Below are positions 45,320-47,787 of a DNA stretch of 47,787 bases, one piece after another. The DNA lies in assembly GCA_012512505.1 (NCBI GenBank), contig JAAZEB010000167.1, forward strand, positions 1 to 47,787, given 5' to 3'. The translations under genes and the position numbers were made by a program. The notes beneath the pieces were generated by a model. That model was not told the DNA's origin. It made no database searches and was given only the letters and a program-made list of their open reading frames with translations. Source of the stretch: Armatimonadota bacterium. Its GTDB lineage: Bacteria > Armatimonadota > JAAZEB01. Numbering within the stretch: the stretch's first letter is position 1; every line of letters begins with the position of its first letter.

Positions 45320-46054
45320 ATGCCCCATCTCAGCCGTGTGCGGCTATGTTCCGAGCACTATCCGACGCGCGACTGCTATCCGTTCAACCTGCCGTTGTTC
45401 CAGCGCACCGCGTCGGTCGATCTCAGCGCACCGGTGACGCTGTTTGTCGGTGAGAACGGCACCGGCAAGTCGACGCTGCTGAAAGCGATTGCCCGCCGCT
45501 GCGGCATTCACATCTGGGAGAACCCGGGCGCGGCGCGGCTCACCCCCAACCGGTGGGCGGAGCAGCTCTACCGCTGGGTGGAGGTCTCCTGGGTGCAGGG
45601 CCCGGTGCCCGGCTCCTTCTTCGCCGCGGAGGTCTTCCGCGAGTTTGCCGAACTGGTCGAGCAGTGGGTCCTCTCAGACCCCGGGCAGCTCGCCTACTAC
45701 GGGGGAAAGTCGCTGGTGAGCCAGTCGCACGGCCAATCGCTGCTTTCCTACTTCCGGACGCGCTACCGGATCAAGGGGCTTTACCTGCTGGACGAGCCGG
45801 AGACGGCGCTTTCGCCGCGCAGTCAGATCGAGTTCACGCGGCTGGTGGCGGCGATGGCTGGCGCCGGGCACGCGCAGTTCATCATTTGCACCCACTCGCC
45901 GATCCTACTGGCCTGCCCCGGGGCGGCGCTCTACAGCTTTGACCGGCCCAGCATCACCCCGATTGCCTACACGGAGACAGAGCATTACCAGACCTACCGG
46001 GCGTTCCTGGCGGATCCGGCGGCTTACCTGGATGGCGGCGAGGCGCGTTCGTAG
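45320..46054 (+). CDS. Stand-alone short ABC-type/AAA ATPase (244 aa)
   Basis: Walker A GENGTGKST, Walker B LYLLDEPETALSP, H-loop CTHSP; GGAGGAG SD. Confidence 0.75.
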   Translation: MPHLSRVRLCSEHYPTRDCYPFNLPLFQRTASVDLSAPVTLFVGENGTGKSTLLKAIARRCGIHIWENPGAARLTPNRWAEQLYRWVEVSWVQGPVPGSFFAAEVFREFAELVEQWVLSDPGQLAYYGGKSLVSQSHGQSLLSYFRTRYRIKGLYLLDEPETALSPRSQIEFTRLVAAMAGAGHAQFIICTHSPILLACPGAALYSFDRPSITPIAYTETEHYQTYRAFLADPAAYLDGGEARS

Positions 46055-46074
46055 GCGCCCAGACCAGGGGCGGG

Positions 46075-47112
46075 CTACCTGCCAGTGCGCACGGGGGCAG
46101 GGTAGGTGGCGTCCACCTCCATCGGCTCGCCGGCGACCTCCACGCGGTGTGTCTCGGTGAAGAAGAGTAGGTCTTCCGGCAGCAGCCGCGGCCGCGCCAG
46201 CGAGCGGGCAAATGGGGGGAGCGCGCGCAGCGCGGCGGTGAGCACGCGTGCCTCGGCGGGAGTGGGCCACTGCGACTCCCGCGCGTTGCCGGTGCCGACG
46301 GCCAGTGGGTAGGCGTTGCGCGACGCCAGCATCCAGCCGTGCGCCTTGGCCTCCTCCACGCGGTGCGGCCCCAGGTCACTGAGGCGGGTGAACATCAGGG
46401 CGACGGTGACGATGCTGGCGATCTCCGCCTCGGCGCGCGGATCGTCGGGCGACAACCTGGTGAGCCGCTCGATATCCTTGAGCGACTCGTAAAGGGCAAT
46501 CCCTTTGATGCCGCCCTCCGCGCCGAGCGCCATCACGTAGCGGTAGGACGGCGTCCAGGCGGCACACTCCAGCAGCACCGGCTCGCCTTCGACGAGTGTT
46601 TTCCACGGCCTGGCTTTGTAATAGCTGGCGGCCGCGGCGAACAGTTCGGCCACCGCCGGCTCGGTGAGCTCGGTGGCATCGAGGTAGCCCTGGTTGGCGG
46701 GGGTGCCCCAGCGCGCCTCAAAGGTGCGGTACAGGTCATCCACGAACGGCAGGGAGTCGGTGACTTCGAGGCCGATGCCGAGGGAATCGGTGACGGGGCG
46801 GAGGGCATCAGCCAGGTCTGGGCGGCGGACGCGGATGCGGCGGGGCCGCCGCGGCGGGCCACTGCCGGGCGCGGGGTTGGCGAGCACGGTGCGGAGGCTA
46901 TCGGCGACGGCCTGGGCGGGGGCATCGGGCATGACCACTTGCTGACCGATGAGCAGGCGGTGATCGGAATCGCCCCAGAGGATCAGGTCGGGCGTGATCA
47001 CTTGTTCGCCCGGACGGCCGAGTTGAACACTGGTGCGCCGGCGGTCGCCCTCCCACACCTCAGTGCTGTAGAGAGTGCCGCGCTGGGTCGGTCGGGTCCA
47101 TTTGCTCCGCAT
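46075..47112 (-). CDS. Hypothetical protein (345 aa)
   Basis: Excellent AAGGAGG SD before ATG 47112; no recognised domain. Confidence 0.5.
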   Translation of the reverse strand: MRSKWTRPTQRGTLYSTEVWEGDRRRTSVQLGRPGEQVITPDLILWGDSDHRLLIGQQVVMPDAPAQAVADSLRTVLANPAPGSGPPRRPRRIRVRRPDLADALRPVTDSLGIGLEVTDSLPFVDDLYRTFEARWGTPANQGYLDATELTEPAVAELFAAAASYYKARPWKTLVEGEPVLLECAAWTPSYRYVMALGAEGGIKGIALYESLKDIERLTRLSPDDPRAEAEIASIVTVALMFTRLSDLGPHRVEEAKAHGWMLASRNAYPLAVGTGNARESQWPTPAEARVLTAALRALPPFARSLARPRLLPEDLLFFTETHRVEVAGEPMEVDATYPAPVRTGR

Positions 47113-47289
47113 CGAAGGCCTCCTTTTTAGTGACCACAACCGGCCGGAGCCGGTTCCGGCCGGCACCGACAACGCACCACGCGCCGTCATCCTACCCGTA
47201 CGCGCCGGGATTCCCACCCGGCGGGCAGGGGCCTCGTGGATTCGGGTTCCAAGCGCGCACTCAGATTCCTTCCTTAATCCCATTCGCTG

Positions 47290-47787
47290 TAGGAGTCCCG
47301 CCCGGCAGAAGCCCGATTGCTCGGGCACTCCGGCCATCCCCTAGGAGAGCAGCGGAGTGCCGCAGCGATGCGGCTTCCCAACTGCCGATGCCCGATGACT
47401 CGGGTATTCCGGCCATCTCCTGGAGGAGTAACACCCCCTCGGAGCCGGAGACGCCTACCCTGAAAATAGCCTCTTGCGGCCAGCCTAACTTCCCGAGCGG
47501 CTGTGCCGCCTCACCCCGAAGGTGTGGAATAACCTAGCCCATGTTTCCGAACCCTGGGGAAACCCGCCCGTGCCCAACCCCGAAACCCTGAAAGGGTTTC
47601 ACAACAAGAGGGCACCCGGTAAAACCCTTTCAGGGTTCGGCGAAATGCGCTCGTGGGGTATCCCAGGGTGCGGCACCCTGGGCTGGGTGATGGCACCCCT
47701 TCGGGGTGCGGAACGGCCGCCTAACGCTTGGATTGGCGGCGGAGCCCCAGTTTCATCCTCTTGGGTGGCCGCCTGCCGACCATGGAG
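47290..47787. repeat. Composite repeat region: REP/BIME-like tandem units (47313-47450), shared 30-mer (47455-47480), multi-hairpin segment including perfect 16-bp hairpin (47584-47636), UUCG hairpin (47694-47708) and flank (47717-47764) that is an inverted copy of 10702-10749
   Basis: Direct comparison with 1-190, 10650-11080 and 31255-31290. Confidence 0.7.

Overview
High-GC (~68-70%) bacterial chromosomal segment, gene-dense, with Shine-Dalgarno-rich starts; the lineage cannot be assigned from sequence alone. About 45 protein genes and one tRNA are called.

Housekeeping blocks: hom / uvsE convergent pair; tRNA-Gln-glmU-prs-pth-MFS operon with ATGA start/stop overlaps; aldehyde dehydrogenase; gmhA-like SIS isomerase; nth; GH4 glycosidase.

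Envelope/secreted-protein loci: M48-like TPR peptidase; two lipoproteins with carboxypeptidase-regulatory-like (Cna-B-type) repeats; a seven-gene glycan-associated cluster (HEAT, acyltransferase-3, GH-like+FGE fusion, FGE, HEAT, CBM4/9+DUF4091, lipoprotein) in which both FGE-sulfatase-like domains appear non-catalytic.

Regulatory modules: ECF sigma/anti-sigma pair; GAF-GGDEF cyclase; Arc-type RHH regulator; SPFH protein.

Most notable: a family-1 encapsulin operon (27940-29782, minus strand) whose cargo is a fused tandem double ferritin-like diiron protein ending in a Myxococcus-type 'TVGSL' targeting peptide. It sits behind a promoter with two TTCACCAAC direct repeats.

Intergenic regions carry a dispersed family of REP/BIME-like tandem hairpin repeats (window start, 10.65-11.08 kb, 31.2-31.6 kb, 47.29-47.79 kb) and UUCG-tetraloop hairpins, with two copies in inverted orientation about 36 kb apart. 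Two near-identical consensus sigma70-type promoters (TTGACA-N18-TATACT) precede consecutive genes at 21.33 and 22.09 kb.

Many long ORFs in the track are antisense or alternate-frame artefacts of the high GC content and were rejected.
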